Shown here: positions 40,411-51,432 of the stretch, in pieces
Layout: each line of letters starts with the position of its first letter
How positions within the stretch are numbered: the first letter of the stretch is position 1
From: Candidatus Delongbacteria bacterium
GTDB taxonomy: Bacteria; CAIWAD01
Direction: 5' to 3'
DNA length: 64,000 nucleotides
NCBI GenBank assembly: GCA_963663545.1
Contig: OY760505.1
Location: 2,240,001-2,304,000, forward strand
The notes under the pieces: model-generated
What the model was told of the DNA's origin: nothing
Databases searched by the model: none
The model's input: the letters and a program-made list of their open reading frames with translations, nothing else
Translations under genes and position numbers: made by a program

Positions 40411-41052
40411 GTGATACGCGCTGTCTTTATGGACATGGACGGAGTCGTGGTGGATTCCATTCCCAACCATAGTCGTGCCTGGGTCGAGGCTTTTGCCGCG
40501 CGCGGAATCAGCCTCGATCCAGTCCTTCCGCGTCTGCGGGAGGGCGAGAAGGCGCTGCTGACCTGCCATTGGCTCAGTGAGCGCTACGGCTTGGGCTGGA
40601 CAGAAGAAGAGTGCGTGGCGCTGGTTGCCGAGAAGCGTCAGCGCTTTCGTTCTTACGGTGTGCCACAGATTTTTCCGGGAGTGAATCGTTTGCTGGACGA
40701 TCTGGGCGCGCGCCGCTTGCCATGTGTGCTGGTCACCGGATCAGCACGGGTCAATGTGAATCACAGTCTGGGCGACACCCTGCACCGCTTTCACCACGTC
40801 ATCGCCGCAGAAGATGTGATGCATGGAAAGCCGGATCCAGAACCTTATCTGCGCGCAGTGGATCGGGTGATGGTTCCGCCTTCGGAGTGCCTCGTCATCG
40901 AGAACGCTCCCTTTGGTATCGAAGCCGCCCGCAGAGCCGGTTGCCGGGTTGTTGCCTTGACAACGACGCTGGAGGCCCGCCACCTTGACGGCGCGGATTC
41001 CGTTTTGGACTCGCATGAGAGAATTCTCGAACTGCTGGATTCGGGGAAGTGA
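40411..41052 (+). CDS. HAD-family phosphatase (beta-PGM-like); start uncertain (possibly 40333)
   Basis: DMDGVVVDS, GKPDPEPY, VIENAPFGIEAA. Confidence 0.88.
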   Translation: MIRAVFMDMDGVVVDSIPNHSRAWVEAFAARGISLDPVLPRLREGEKALLTCHWLSERYGLGWTEEECVALVAEKRQRFRSYGVPQIFPGVNRLLDDLGARRLPCVLVTGSARVNVNHSLGDTLHRFHHVIAAEDVMHGKPDPEPYLRAVDRVMVPPSECLVIENAPFGIEAARRAGCRVVALTTTLEARHLDGADSVLDSHERILELLDSGK

Positions 41053-41097
41053 TACAGTAGCGCGTGACACAGTCAGCGAGGATTGCAGGAGGACGTG

Positions 41098-42132
41098 ATG
41101 GAGAAGATGATTACAATCGATCGCCACATCAGTGAGCAGGAGCGGAAGTATCCTGGCGCTTCCGGTGCTCTTTCGGATGTGCTGTACCAGATCGCGCTGG
41201 CTGGCAAGATCATCAACCGCGAGGTCAACCGCGCGGGACTGATCAATCTGCTGGGCAAGACTGGTGATACAAATGTGCAAGGCGAGGCTGTCGCCAAGCT
41301 GGATGATTACGCCAACGAAGTGCTTGTGCGTACGCTGGGGATGGGCGGTCGTGTCTGCCTGATCGGTTCAGAAGAAACACCCGATGTGATACGCATGAAC
41401 ACCGAGTCGTCACGAGCCAAGTATGTGGTGAATTTCGACCCGCTGGATGGCAGCTCGAACATCGATGCCAACGTGTCCATCGGCACCATCTTCTCGATCC
41501 ACGAGCGTGTCACACCCGTGACACAGGATCCGACCGACGCCGATGTGCTACAAATTGGACGCAAGATGGTGGCCGCCGGATACATCGTCTACGGCAGCTC
41601 CACGATCATGGTCTACACTACACGTAACGGAACCGTGGACGGTTTTACGCTGGATCCTTCCGTGGGCGAATTCCTGCGCAGTCATCCCGACATTCGCACG
41701 CCGAAGCGCGGCAAGATTCTCAGCTGCAACATTGGCTACCAGCACTACTGGGCCCAGGGCGTGCGCGATTACATCGAGGCCGTGACACAAGAAGATCCGG
41801 AAAAGGGCCGTCCCTTCACCATGCGCTACATCGGTTCGCTAGTGGCTGATTTTCATCGCAACCTGCTCTACGGCGGCATCTTCATTTACCCGCCCAACAT
41901 CACCGGACCGCGTCGGCACAAGGGCAAACTGAGACTGCTGTACGAAGCGAACCCGCTGGCTGCGGTCGCTGAGAATGCAGGTGGTCTGGCGACAAACGGT
42001 TGTCACGATGTACTGGATGTTCAACCCAAAGAGTTGCATCAGCGCACGCCGTTGATCATTGGCAGTTATGACGATGTGACCGAACTGATGAACTATCTGC
42101 GTCGCAGGGGAGAAGACGTCCTGGTGGGCTAA
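41098..42132 (+). CDS. fbp: Class 1 fructose-1,6-bisphosphatase
   Basis: NVQGE..KLD, FDPLDGSSNID, RYIGSLVAD, KLRLLYEANP. Confidence 0.95.
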   Translation: MEKMITIDRHISEQERKYPGASGALSDVLYQIALAGKIINREVNRAGLINLLGKTGDTNVQGEAVAKLDDYANEVLVRTLGMGGRVCLIGSEETPDVIRMNTESSRAKYVVNFDPLDGSSNIDANVSIGTIFSIHERVTPVTQDPTDADVLQIGRKMVAAGYIVYGSSTIMVYTTRNGTVDGFTLDPSVGEFLRSHPDIRTPKRGKILSCNIGYQHYWAQGVRDYIEAVTQEDPEKGRPFTMRYIGSLVADFHRNLLYGGIFIYPPNITGPRRHKGKLRLLYEANPLAAVAENAGGLATNGCHDVLDVQPKELHQRTPLIIGSYDDVTELMNYLRRRGEDVLVG

Positions 42133-42248
42133 TGAATCCCAAGCGGCAGAGTTTTACATTATAAAGTTTTCCGATTCACAACCGCCCGAGCGGTTATGTA
42201 TCACGTTCATGAACCATGACGAACCGTTGGCATAGAAAGGAGCAAGTA

Positions 42249-45245
42249 ATGGCGACCAAGAAGCTGGTCTATTTCTTCGGTGATGGTAAGGCCGACGGCA
42301 ATGCCGGCCAGAAGGAACTGCTGGGTGGTAAGGGTGCGAATCTGGCCGAGATGAGCCGGATCGGTGTGCCCGTACCCGCCGGATTCACCATCACCACGGA
42401 AGTCTGCCAGATGTTCGAGAAGGCCAACGCAAAGCCTTCTCCCGAACTGGTGAAGCAGGTCAAAGCCAACATGAAGACCGTCGAGAAGGCTATGGGCGCG
42501 GTCTTTGGCGACAAGAAGAATCCCCTGCTGTTCAGCGTGCGCTCCGGCGCCCGCGAGTCCATGCCGGGCATGATGGACACCATCCTCAACCTCGGTCTTA
42601 ACGACACCACCGTGCAGGCTCTCGCCGCGAAGACCGGCAATCCCCGTTTTGCCTTTGACTCCTACCGTCGTTTTGTCGCCATGTATGGCGAAGTCGTGAT
42701 GCGTACGCCCGATGACGAGGCCACCGGCCGCTCCATCTTTGAGGTTACCCTCGAGAAGAAGAAAGAAGAGCTGGGCATTCACCTCGACACCGAGTTCAGC
42801 GCAGAAGATCTGCAGGATCTGGTCGCCCGCTTCAAGGCCGAAATCAAGAAGCGCACCGGCAAGGTCTTCCCGGACGATCCGATGGAGCAGCTCTGGGGCG
42901 CCATCAAGGCCGTCTTTGATTCCTGGTACAACAAGCGCGCCTACGAGTATCGCCGCATGAACGGCATCCCCCACAACTGGGGAACGGCCGTCAACGTGCA
43001 GTCCATGGTTTTCGGAAACATGGGCGAGAACAGCGGTACCGGTGTTGCCTTCACCCGCGACCCGGCTACCGGAGAGAAGCGCTTCTTTGGTGAGTATCTG
43101 ATGAATGCTCAGGGCGAGGACGTGGTGGCCGGTACCCGCACACCGCATCCGATTGAAGATCTGCAGAAGGGCATGCCCAAGGTCTACAAGCAGCTCGAAG
43201 CCATCTACAAGAAGCTCGAGAAGCATTACCGCGACATGCAGGATCTGGAGTTCACCATCCAGGACGGCAAGCTGTGGATGCTCCAGACCCGTAACGGCAA
43301 GCGCACCGGTTTTGCGGCGTTCAACATTGCAGTGGACATGGTTCGCGAGAAGCTGATCAAGGCCGACGAGGCGCTGCTGCGTCTGAAGGCCGATCAGCTG
43401 GACCAGCTACTGCAGCCGATTTTTGATCTCGATGACAAGAAGAAGGCCATCAAGGCCGGTCGCTTCCTGGCCAAGGGCTTGAACGCGGGTCCGGGCGCCG
43501 CTTGCGGTCGTATCGCCTTCACCCCCGACCGCGCTGTCGAGTATTCGCGCAAGGGTGACACCGTCATTCTGACTCGCATCGAGACCAGCCCCGAGGATAT
43601 CGCCGGCATGAAGGTCGCCGTGGGTATTCTGACCGCCCGTGGTGGTGCTACGTCTCACGCCGCGCTGGTCGCCCGTCAGATGGGCAAGGTCTGCGTCGCC
43701 GGTTGCGGCACGCTGGACATCGACTACGCCAAGGGCACCATGAAGGTGGCCGGTCGCACGCTGAAGGAAGGCGACTACATCTCCATCGATGGTACCACCG
43801 GTGAGGTGCTCGAGGGCGCCGTGCAGACTCGTCCCAGCGAAGTCATTCAGGCTCTGCTGCCCGATCCCGCGCTGCCGAAGGCTCGCCGCGAGAAGGCCAT
43901 GGCCGAGGCTCGCAAGGGTCGCGTCTACAAGAACTATGAGCAGATCATGAAGTGGGCCGACGACTTCCGTCGCCTGGCCGTGCGCACCAACGCCGATCAG
44001 CCTGATCAGTGTGAGACCGCCGTGCGCTTTGGTGCCCAAGGTATCGGCCTCTGCCGTACCGAGCACATGTTCTTTGGTGGTGAGAAGATCAAGGCCATGC
44101 GCCGCATGATTCTTTCCGCCGACGAGGACGGTCGCCGCAAGGCCCTGGCCAAGCTGCTGCCGCTCCAGCAGAAGGATTTCGAAGGCATCTTTGCCGCCAT
44201 GGGTGATCGTCCCGTGACCATCCGCACCCTCGACCCGCCGCTGCACGAGTTCGTGCCCCAGGGCGAAGAGGAGATCAAGGATTTGGCCAAGGACATGGGG
44301 ATCACCGTAGCCGATGTGAAGACGCGCATCGCCGGTCTGCACGAGTCCAATCCCATGCTCGGACACCGTGGTTGCCGTCTGGGCATCGTGTATCCGGAAA
44401 TCACCGAGATGCAAGCCCGCGCCATCTTCCGCGCCGCCATCAAGGTGGCCAAGACAGGCGTGAAGGTGCAGCCCGAGGTCATGATTCCGCTGGTCGGTCA
44501 CAAGCCTGAGCTTGTGGATCAGGCGGGCATCGTGCGCAGAGTGGCCGAGGAAGAGATCGCCGCTGCCAAGGTCAAGTTGAACTACTTGGTCGGCACCATG
44601 ATCGAGATTCCGCGTGCGGCCTTGACCGCTGCCGAGATCGCCGAGGAAGCCCAGTTCTTCAGCTTCGGCACCAACGACCTGACCCAGATGGGAATGGGCA
44701 TCAGTCGCGACGACGCCGGTGTCTTCCTGCCTGAGTATCAGGAGCGCGGCATCATGGAGTACAACCCCTTCGCGTCGCTGGACAAGGTTGGTATTGGTCG
44801 TCTGATGCGTATTGCCGTGGAAGACGGTCGCAGCACCCGTCCCGATATCAAGCTGGGTATCTGCGGTGAGCACGGTGGTGATCCGAGCTCCATCGAATTC
44901 TGCCACGAAGTGGGTCTGGCTTACGTGAGCTGCAGCCCCTACCGCGTGCCGGTTGCCCGTTTGGCCGCTGCCATTGCCGAGCTGAAGAACCCGCGCAAGG
45001 CGCCTGCGAGCAAAAAGGCCTCGAGCAAAAAGGCGGTAGCCAAGAAGCCGACGGCCAAAAAGCCGACGGCCAAAAAGCCGGCTGCCAAAAAGACCGTTGC
45101 TGAGAAAGCACCCGCCAAGAAGGTGCCCACCAAAAAGGCGCCGACCAAGAAGGCTCCCGTGAAGCCTGCACCGGTCAAGCCCGCGCCCGTCAAGAAGACA
45201 GCGCCCGTCAAAAAGACGGCGCCCAGAAAGACGACCGGCAAGTAA
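42249..45245 (+). CDS. ppdK: Pyruvate, phosphate dikinase with a Lys/Ala/Pro-rich C-terminal tail
   Basis: [54 protein letters not shown]. Confidence 0.97.
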   Translation: MATKKLVYFFGDGKADGNAGQKELLGGKGANLAEMSRIGVPVPAGFTITTEVCQMFEKANAKPSPELVKQVKANMKTVEKAMGAVFGDKKNPLLFSVRSGARESMPGMMDTILNLGLNDTTVQALAAKTGNPRFAFDSYRRFVAMYGEVVMRTPDDEATGRSIFEVTLEKKKEELGIHLDTEFSAEDLQDLVARFKAEIKKRTGKVFPDDPMEQLWGAIKAVFDSWYNKRAYEYRRMNGIPHNWGTAVNVQSMVFGNMGENSGTGVAFTRDPATGEKRFFGEYLMNAQGEDVVAGTRTPHPIEDLQKGMPKVYKQLEAIYKKLEKHYRDMQDLEFTIQDGKLWMLQTRNGKRTGFAAFNIAVDMVREKLIKADEALLRLKADQLDQLLQPIFDLDDKKKAIKAGRFLAKGLNAGPGAACGRIAFTPDRAVEYSRKGDTVILTRIETSPEDIAGMKVAVGILTARGGATSHAALVARQMGKVCVAGCGTLDIDYAKGTMKVAGRTLKEGDYISIDGTTGEVLEGAVQTRPSEVIQALLPDPALPKARREKAMAEARKGRVYKNYEQIMKWADDFRRLAVRTNADQPDQCETAVRFGAQGIGLCRTEHMFFGGEKIKAMRRMILSADEDGRRKALAKLLPLQQKDFEGIFAAMGDRPVTIRTLDPPLHEFVPQGEEEIKDLAKDMGITVADVKTRIAGLHESNPMLGHRGCRLGIVYPEITEMQARAIFRAAIKVAKTGVKVQPEVMIPLVGHKPELVDQAGIVRRVAEEEIAAAKVKLNYLVGTMIEIPRAALTAAEIAEEAQFFSFGTNDLTQMGMGISRDDAGVFLPEYQERGIMEYNPFASLDKVGIGRLMRIAVEDGRSTRPDIKLGICGEHGGDPSSIEFCHEVGLAYVSCSPYRVPVARLAAAIAELKNPRKAPASKKASSKKAVAKKPTAKKPTAKKPAAKKTVAEKAPAKKVPTKKAPTKKAPVKPAPVKPAPVKKTAPVKKTAPRKTTGK

Positions 45246-45266
45246 TTGCCAGCTTCCGCATGACAC

Positions 45267-45294
45267 AAGCCCCCCGGGTATCCGGGGGGCTTTT
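45267..45294 (+). terminator. Intrinsic terminator after ppdK
   Basis: aagccccccgg-gtat-ccggggggctttt. Confidence 0.85.
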
Positions 45295-45326
45295 CCTTGT
45301 CAGACCTGAACTAAGGCAGGACGCTC

Positions 45327-46103
45327 ATGGCTGTATCACTTAGCATCTCCATCATCGGTCACAACGAGGCGGATCATTTGCGCCGCCTGTTGCCAACGCT
45401 CGCCTGGGCCGATGAGATCATTTACGTGGACTGCGAAAGTGCCGACGGCAGCTGCGATGTGGCACGGGAGTTTACTGACAAGGTTTTCCAGCGGCCAAAT
45501 GATATGAGCATCAATATCAACAAGGCTTTTGGCATTCATCAGGCGACCTGCGACTGGGTGTTTTACATGGATCCCGACGAGCGCTTACCGCAGGATCTGG
45601 TGGCTGAGATTCGTAATACAATTGCTGGAGACACGGAATTTGCTGCCTTCAGTCTGCCGCGTCGCAACCACTTCTTCGGTCGCTGGCTGAAGCGTGGCAG
45701 CATGTATCCGGATCGCCAGCTTCGGCTGTTTAAGCGGGGTGCTGCCGATTTCGCTAATCGGCACATTCATGAGAAGCTGACCGTAAATGGGCGCATTGGT
45801 CGCTTGCGTCACGCCTTTGATCATCATCCGTATGAGCGTTTAAGTCAGATGATCGCCAAGTTCAATCGTGATACAAATGCTGAAGCGGGCTATCTTCATC
45901 GAGATGGGGTGTCACGCAAACGACTGAGCTGGATCAGGCTTTGTATCACGAAACCGCTGATTCGCTTTACTCGCCGCTATATTTTCAAGCTGGGTTTCTT
46001 GGATGGGCTGCCCGGACTGATCGCGCCTCTTGCTGATGCGCTTTCCTGGCCGGTGCGCTGGTTCAAGGCTCGCGAGTTGGACAATCCCAGGCCGCGCCCA
46101 TGA
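45327..46103 (+). CDS. GT2 glycosyltransferase (WaaE/KdtX-like)
   Basis: NEA..L..L.WADEII.VD..S.DG, DPDER, YPD.Q.RLF, GFLDG. Confidence 0.85.
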   Translation: MAVSLSISIIGHNEADHLRRLLPTLAWADEIIYVDCESADGSCDVAREFTDKVFQRPNDMSININKAFGIHQATCDWVFYMDPDERLPQDLVAEIRNTIAGDTEFAAFSLPRRNHFFGRWLKRGSMYPDRQLRLFKRGAADFANRHIHEKLTVNGRIGRLRHAFDHHPYERLSQMIAKFNRDTNAEAGYLHRDGVSRKRLSWIRLCITKPLIRFTRRYIFKLGFLDGLPGLIAPLADALSWPVRWFKARELDNPRPRP

Positions 46104-47122
46104 AGCGCTTTCTGATTGTGCGCACCGATCGCATCGGCGATCTGATGCTTACTGTTCCCCTGGTCAGCGCACTGCAGGAACGGCACCCCGGATGCAGCGT
46201 GAGTATGCTGGTCAGCGCCTACGCCGGACCGCTGCTGAGTTTGCATAAAGGGATTCACGAAGTTCTGGTGTATCACGGTGATACAGAGCACAGAGGCGTT
46301 GGTGGACTTCTTCGCCTGGCGGCCCTGCTGCGCGAACGACGCTTTGACGCAGCCGTACTGGCCCATCCGCGTCCCGAACTGGCTCTGGTACTCAAACTGG
46401 CTGGTATTCGCAATCGCATTGGTACCGGCTATCGCTGGTACAGCTTCCTGCTGAATGAGCGTGTCAAACAGCACCGTGCCCGTGGCGGTATGCACGAGTC
46501 CGACTTCAACCTGGCATTGGCAGCCGGTCTGCTTGGTGAGACAACTTCGGCTCCTGTTTTTGACTTCGACTGGGAATGCGCGAAGGCCGCGTGGCGCAAA
46601 GCCTTTCCTCTTGAATCAGCACATCCCTATTTCGTGATACACGCCGGCTGTGGCGGTAGCGCTCCGAATCTTCAGACCGCACGCTATCGCATGCTAGCTC
46701 AGCGCGTTTTGGAGCGCACGGATTGGCAGCTTGTGCTCAGCGGTTCTCCCGCCGAGGCTGAGCTGGCGCAAGAAGTGGCTCAGGGTCTACCTGCGGATCG
46801 CGTAATACTTCTGGCCGGACGTATGGATCTGGTCCAGTTAACCGGCATGCTTGCCGATGCACGCCTGCTGATGGCAGGTAGCACGGGTCCGCTACACCTG
46901 GCCGCAGCAGCGGCTACTCCGGTACTCTCCTGGTTTTGTCCCGCACTTAGCCGGGCCGCAGATCGTTGGGGACCTGTCGGTCAGCTACAGTGGGTGTTGC
47001 AGCCTGACCTTGAACCTTGTGCGCGCTGGCAGGAGTGTCAGTACGGCAATTGCCTGGATCACCTGAGCGATTCGCAATTACTCGACCAGCTCGATCGCAG
47101 GCTGAACTCCCTCGGCGTGTAA
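46100..47122 (+). CDS. GT9 glycosyltransferase (LPS heptosyltransferase-like)
   Basis: RTDRIGDL, STGPLHLAAA, RWGP. Confidence 0.88.
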   Translation: MKRFLIVRTDRIGDLMLTVPLVSALQERHPGCSVSMLVSAYAGPLLSLHKGIHEVLVYHGDTEHRGVGGLLRLAALLRERRFDAAVLAHPRPELALVLKLAGIRNRIGTGYRWYSFLLNERVKQHRARGGMHESDFNLALAAGLLGETTSAPVFDFDWECAKAAWRKAFPLESAHPYFVIHAGCGGSAPNLQTARYRMLAQRVLERTDWQLVLSGSPAEAELAQEVAQGLPADRVILLAGRMDLVQLTGMLADARLLMAGSTGPLHLAAAAATPVLSWFCPALSRAADRWGPVGQLQWVLQPDLEPCARWQECQYGNCLDHLSDSQLLDQLDRRLNSLGV

Positions 47123-47261
47123 CACACAAGCAAGCCGCCAGCGCGCGCGCTGGCAGGAGTGTCAGCACGGCAATTGCCTGGATCACCTGAGCGATTCGCG
47201 ATTACTCGACCAGCTCGATCGCAGGCTGAACTCCATTGTCGTGTAACACACAAGCAAGCCG
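47021..47261 (+). repeat. Direct repeat of 117 bp duplicating the GT9 3' end
   Basis: 47021-47137 and 47145-47261, 5 mismatches. Confidence 0.95.
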
Positions 47262-47295
47262 TCAATGTCCACTTCGACCTCCAGACCAAATCTGA

Positions 47296-47655
47296 TCAGG
47301 CGGCCAACTCGCGGCCAACTCGAGCCGGCTTCTGCGTGTGAACAACGTCCAGGCGCAGACCGCGGTCACGGGCGAAGGCCTCAAAGAGCTGTTGGTTCTC
47401 CACACGATCCCCGAGAAAGAGCGAGAAGTCCGGGTCCACTAGAACGAGCGAGGGGCAATTGCTCTGCGTAATCAGCTCGAACAGCGTTTCCAGCCAGGGG
47501 CGCGGCGCCCCCAGACGCACGGCTAGATCCCGGCTACGCAACCCTGCCTCGTCTACACACAACCCGCCCCAGGCTACCAGGCCCAACTCGCGAAGGCGAG
47601 CCACCGACTGCTGAAAACTGACCATCAGGGGGCGCTTGTTCTTGTTGGCGTTCAT
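47296..47655 (-). CDS. Hypothetical protein (about 119 aa)
   Basis: ATG preceded by GAAAGGA; fills the intergenic gap; no recognisable motif. Confidence 0.45.
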   Translation of the reverse strand: MNANKNKRPLMVSFQQSVARLRELGLVAWGGLCVDEAGLRSRDLAVRLGAPRPWLETLFELITQSNCPSLVLVDPDFSLFLGDRVENQQLFEAFARDRGLRLDVVHTQKPARVGRELAA

Positions 47656-47949
47656 GTCCGGATCCTTTCGGTTTGTTGTCCATTTCGAATCTGGACACAA
47701 GAACGAGGGGGGCTGGGACTTTTTCGGATTCCCTGAGGAGTGAGCTGCGACGAGCTCGTCATGCAAAGAGTGATCCTCTTCGTCAGGCTGGCTTTTTGCC
47801 GGTGTTATTGTCGGTACACGAGATTCTGCCTGTTGCTGACGCACCTTGGGACGCTGTGTAGTGTTATGCCCTACTTGATTGTTTTTCTAGTTTTGCCAAA
47901 TCAGTATTCAGGTAAGGTGGGAGATAAAAATCCTCATGGTGTTTTTTGT

Positions 47950-47978
47950 TTGCCGGGATTGATAGTTGCCACTATCTT
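47950..47978 (+). promoter_or_regulatory. Putative sigma70-type promoter
   Basis: TTGCCG-17 bp-TATCTT upstream of the ATG at 48075. Confidence 0.4.
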
Positions 47979-48074
47979 GCACGCTCAACAGCTTCATGGC
48001 TACCTCCCGGAGCTTTGAAGCTGCCCCCAAACAGGTGATGGAAAACTCGACCCAACCGAGAGAAAGGAACAGGC

Positions 48075-49856
48075 ATGAAGCGAGTGATGGCCATAGGCCT
48101 GCTGCTTCTAGGCGCGTCCGTGTCGCAGGCGGTGTATGTGGTGGGGGATACCCCCTCCGATTTCACCTGCACGGACTGGGATGGAAACAGCTGGAACCTA
48201 TACGATCAGCGCGGCAAAGTGCTTATCATGAGTTTCGGGTACCCCACGTGACCCGGTTGCAGGACGGAGTTTCCGATCCTTCAGAACAACTTCCGCGAAG
48301 TCTACAGCGAAGAAATCCTCTCCATCGTTCACATTGACACCCAGGGAAACAGCGCATCGGCGCTTCATACGGCGTGGGATTCGTATGACCCAACCTTCCC
48401 TGTTCTAACCAGTTGCAACACATACGGCCAGTACGGCGACGGCTACGTGCCCTACAACGTGTTCATCGATTCCGAAGGCATTGTGCGCTTCACCGACTCG
48501 GGATTTGATGCAGATACCATGCACGACCTCATCGCAACCTATGGCCCCGTGTATCACCCCGAGTTTGCCATTGACGAATTGCTGGTGCTGAACGACGCCA
48601 ACGCCGATGGTCGTCCTGACCCGGGCGAAAGCGTGGATGTGCAGCTGACGCTGCGCAATATTCCACGTGCCGTTTACGGCGGAACCGGCATTTCGGTCGT
48701 CATGAGCAGCAACAGCAATGACATTACCGTAACCAGCGATCCGGTCAGCTTCCCGGATGCCGAACCCGGCGAGAGTACCACGGGTAGGGCGCTTTTCAGC
48801 TTCACCGTTAACGAAGGCTTCGCGACCAGTTGGGCAACGCTCTCTTTCGACTGGAGCTGCAATTACAGCGAAGGTTCGCAAACCGGCAGCTTGGATTTCG
48901 AGCAGCGCCTTGGTCGTCCCGACCTGTTGATCGTCGACTCCGACGGCAGCCTGGATGACAACGAAACCTTCGTGACAGACGCTTTTGACGGTCTCGACCG
49001 CGAGTACGACCTCTGGAGCGGCGGCGACCTGCCCGCGAGTGAAGTTGCCAACTACAGCGAGATCTTCTGGCTCGGCGGCAAGAATACCAGCGACCTCAAT
49101 CTGGATCAAGCCAATGCTCTGGCCGATTTCATGACGGAAGGCGGCTTGCTGGTACTGAGCAGTCAGTACGCCACTGACAACGCCGAGACGGCGGACTTCT
49201 TCGCCAACAGCTTTGGTGTCACGCTGGCCGACGACGACGGCGGTTCGATCTTCTTGTGCTCGAGCCCTGAGGACGACGCCTACTTCAGCGCGATTTCGAT
49301 TGTGGCCACCGGCACCCAGGGCGCCAACAACAACGAGACGCCCGACGTGCTTGAGATCAGCGGCGGCAGCAATGAGCTCTTCCGTTGGACTCAGGGCGAC
49401 GGCGGCATTTCGGCCGTGTACCGCCACATCTACGGCGAGGGCCTCTTCATTTTCGCTGGCTTCCCGCTGGAGGCCATGCGCGTCTACTCGAGCTTGCCCA
49501 ATTCCATTAACTACACGGGTTTTGTGGAGCGCGTCTATGCTGCGTATGAGATGGTTACCTCGGTAGACGATCCCATCGTCGCTGTGCCGCAGGAGTACCA
49601 GATCAGCCAGGTGTATCCGAACCCCTTCAACCCGAGCACCAGCATCAGTTTGCAAATGACCGTTGCCGGCGATGTTGAACTCGCCGTCTTCGATCTGCTG
49701 GGACGTCAGGTGAGTGTGCTTAACGAGGGCGTTTTGGCCGCAGGCGAGCACCAGTTCAGCTTCCGTGCAGACGGCCTGGGTTCAGGCCTGTACTTCGTCA
49801 AGCTGTCGGTGGATGGCGTGTTACGTGATACGGCTTCCATCACCTTGGTGAAGTAG
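48075..49856 (+). CDS. Putative selenoprotein: signal peptide, TlpA/AhpC-TSA thioredoxin fold (UPGC), Ig-like region and T9SS-like CTD (593 aa)
   Basis: AAAGGA RBS; frame is continuous with ORF 48447-49856 except for TGA at 48249-48251, which sits at the first Cys position of the CxxC; C-terminal YPNPFNP..VFDLLGRQV..SGLYFV. Confidence 0.85.
48252..48287 (+). promoter_or_regulatory. Putative bacterial SECIS hairpin
   Basis: AGGA-CGGA-[GTT]-TCCG-A-TCCT; the apical GU starts 17 nt after the UGA. Confidence 0.65.
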
Positions 49857-49879
49857 TCGTCGAAGTAGATTTTTCTAGC

Positions 49880-49916
49880 GCCCCCGGTTGCCCGCTGCAG
49901 CCGGGGGTTTGCTTTT
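49880..49916 (+). terminator. Intrinsic terminator
   Basis: cccccggttgc..gcagccggggg followed by tttgctttt. Confidence 0.7.
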
Positions 49917-49991
49917 CTAAGCAGCTAAAGCCGCGATTTGCTATTCTGCTGCAGGTGTTGTCGACCCAGGTTCCCCTGCCAAGGAAGCGCG

Positions 49992-50339
49992 ATGGACAAG
50001 AAGCAGATTCTGTTGATTGAAGACGAGGATGCGCTGCGCGACGTATGCACGCAGATGCTGGAGTTTCTGGGTTATGGTGTTTGCGCGGTGGCCAGCGGCA
50101 AAGAGGCCCTCGATACCTACCAGCCTTCCCGCTTTGACGCGCTCTTGCTGGATGTGAATTTACCCGACTTTTCCGGCCACAAAGTGATGTCGCTGATTCT
50201 GGAACAGGATACCAGCCAGCAGATTGTGCTGTGCAGCGGCGAGGATCTGAGTGATCAGGGATTGACGGTACCCATCCTTGTCAAGCCTTATCGCCTCACC
50301 GAATTGAAGTCCTGTCTGGACAGCCTCTTCAATACCTGA
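49992..50339 (+). CDS. Single-domain response regulator (REC)
   Basis: ILLIEDE, LLDVNLPD, LVKPY. Confidence 0.85.
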   Translation: MDKKQILLIEDEDALRDVCTQMLEFLGYGVCAVASGKEALDTYQPSRFDALLLDVNLPDFSGHKVMSLILEQDTSQQIVLCSGEDLSDQGLTVPILVKPYRLTELKSCLDSLFNT

Positions 50340-50376
50340 TTTTGCATAAGCCTCGCACGGGCAGTACCTTTTCGCG

Positions 50377-51432
50377 ATGCAAAACCCGCACTTCGAGCCT
50401 CTGCCGGCCATCGCCGGCCTGAGTCACAAGGACTTGGCCGCACACCCCTTGCTGGCGGAGCTGCCCTCTTTTCGCGTTGACCAAGTGTATAACTGGATCT
50501 ATGCGCGTCACGTGCTCGATTGGGAGGACATGACCAATCTATCCAAAGCCTTACGCGCCGAGTTCGCTTTGCGGGCCAAGGTGCTTGGGCTGCATGTGGA
50601 GCGGCGCCTGAGCAGTGCCATCAGTGCGTGTGACAAAGTGCTCTTTCGTTTGCACGACGGTGCGGCCGTGGAGGCCGTGTGGATGCGCTTTGACAGACGA
50701 CAGACGCTGTGTGTGTCCACGCAGGTGGGTTGTGCCATGGGCTGCACCTTTTGTGCGACGGCAACCATGGGACTGCGTCGACACTTGACGTCGGCGGAAA
50801 TCGTCCAGCAGGTTCTGTTCTTTCAGCACGAAGCACAAGGCGCATTGAGCAATCTGGTCTTCATGGGTATGGGAGAGCCACTGCACAACTACGAGCACGT
50901 GACACAAGCCTGCCGTATCCTCAACGATCCCGCCGGCATGAATTTCAGTCGCCGCCGTATCACAGTTTCCACCGTCGGCCTTGTGCCACAGATTCATCGC
51001 CTGGCCAGTGACAATGTGCCCTGCAAACTTGCCGTCAGTCTCAATTCGGTGTTTGACGATGTGCGCAGTAGGCTGATGCCCGTCAATCGCAAGTACGGCC
51101 TGCGCGAATTATTCGACGCTTGCCGCGCCTATACCAAGGCTACGGGTTTGCGTGTCACATTCGAGTATGTCCTGCTTGAGGGCGTGAATGATCGCCCTGA
51201 AGATATTCGCGAATTGCGTCGGAGTCTCTCGCAACTTCCCTGCAAGCTGAATCTGATTTACTACAACCAGGCGGATCGGGGTTATCAGACAGCGGCCCGT
51301 GATACATTCCAACGGTTTTTTGACGCATTGGAAACGGCACACGTTCCCGTGACACTGCGGCAGAGCATGGGCGAGGATATCGATGCTGCCTGCGGCCAGT
51401 TGAGCATTCGTGAGGAAAACGAGCGATGCTAG
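50377..51432 (+). CDS. rlmN: 23S rRNA m2A2503 radical SAM methyltransferase
   Basis: CVSTQVGCAMGCTFCAT, MGMGEP, DIDAACGQL. Confidence 0.95.
   Translation: MQNPHFEPLPAIAGLSHKDLAAHPLLAELPSFRVDQVYNWIYARHVLDWEDMTNLSKALRAEFALRAKVLGLHVERRLSSAISACDKVLFRLHDGAAVEAVWMRFDRRQTLCVSTQVGCAMGCTFCATATMGLRRHLTSAEIVQQVLFFQHEAQGALSNLVFMGMGEPLHNYEHVTQACRILNDPAGMNFSRRRITVSTVGLVPQIHRLASDNVPCKLAVSLNSVFDDVRSRLMPVNRKYGLRELFDACRAYTKATGLRVTFEYVLLEGVNDRPEDIRELRRSLSQLPCKLNLIYYNQADRGYQTAARDTFQRFFDALETAHVPVTLRQSMGEDIDAACGQLSIREENERC

Noticed and set aside
43407..45266. Long antisense ORFs (also 26087-27433, 27674-28837, 35022-36476, 48405-49751)
   Set aside because: Shadow frames of strongly codon-biased genes (ppdK, secA, rocD and others) with no recognisable motifs.
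47021..47261. Possible DGR variable/template repeat pair
   Set aside because: The mismatches (T/C, A/G, C/A, C/T, G/T) are not adenine-specific on either strand, and there is no reverse transcriptase in the window.
48249..48251. Alternative genetic code (TGA = Trp/Gly) or simple pseudogene
   Set aside because: TGA ends many normal genes here (e.g. 2412, 5379, 7209); the position in a CxxC plus the hairpin favours Sec.
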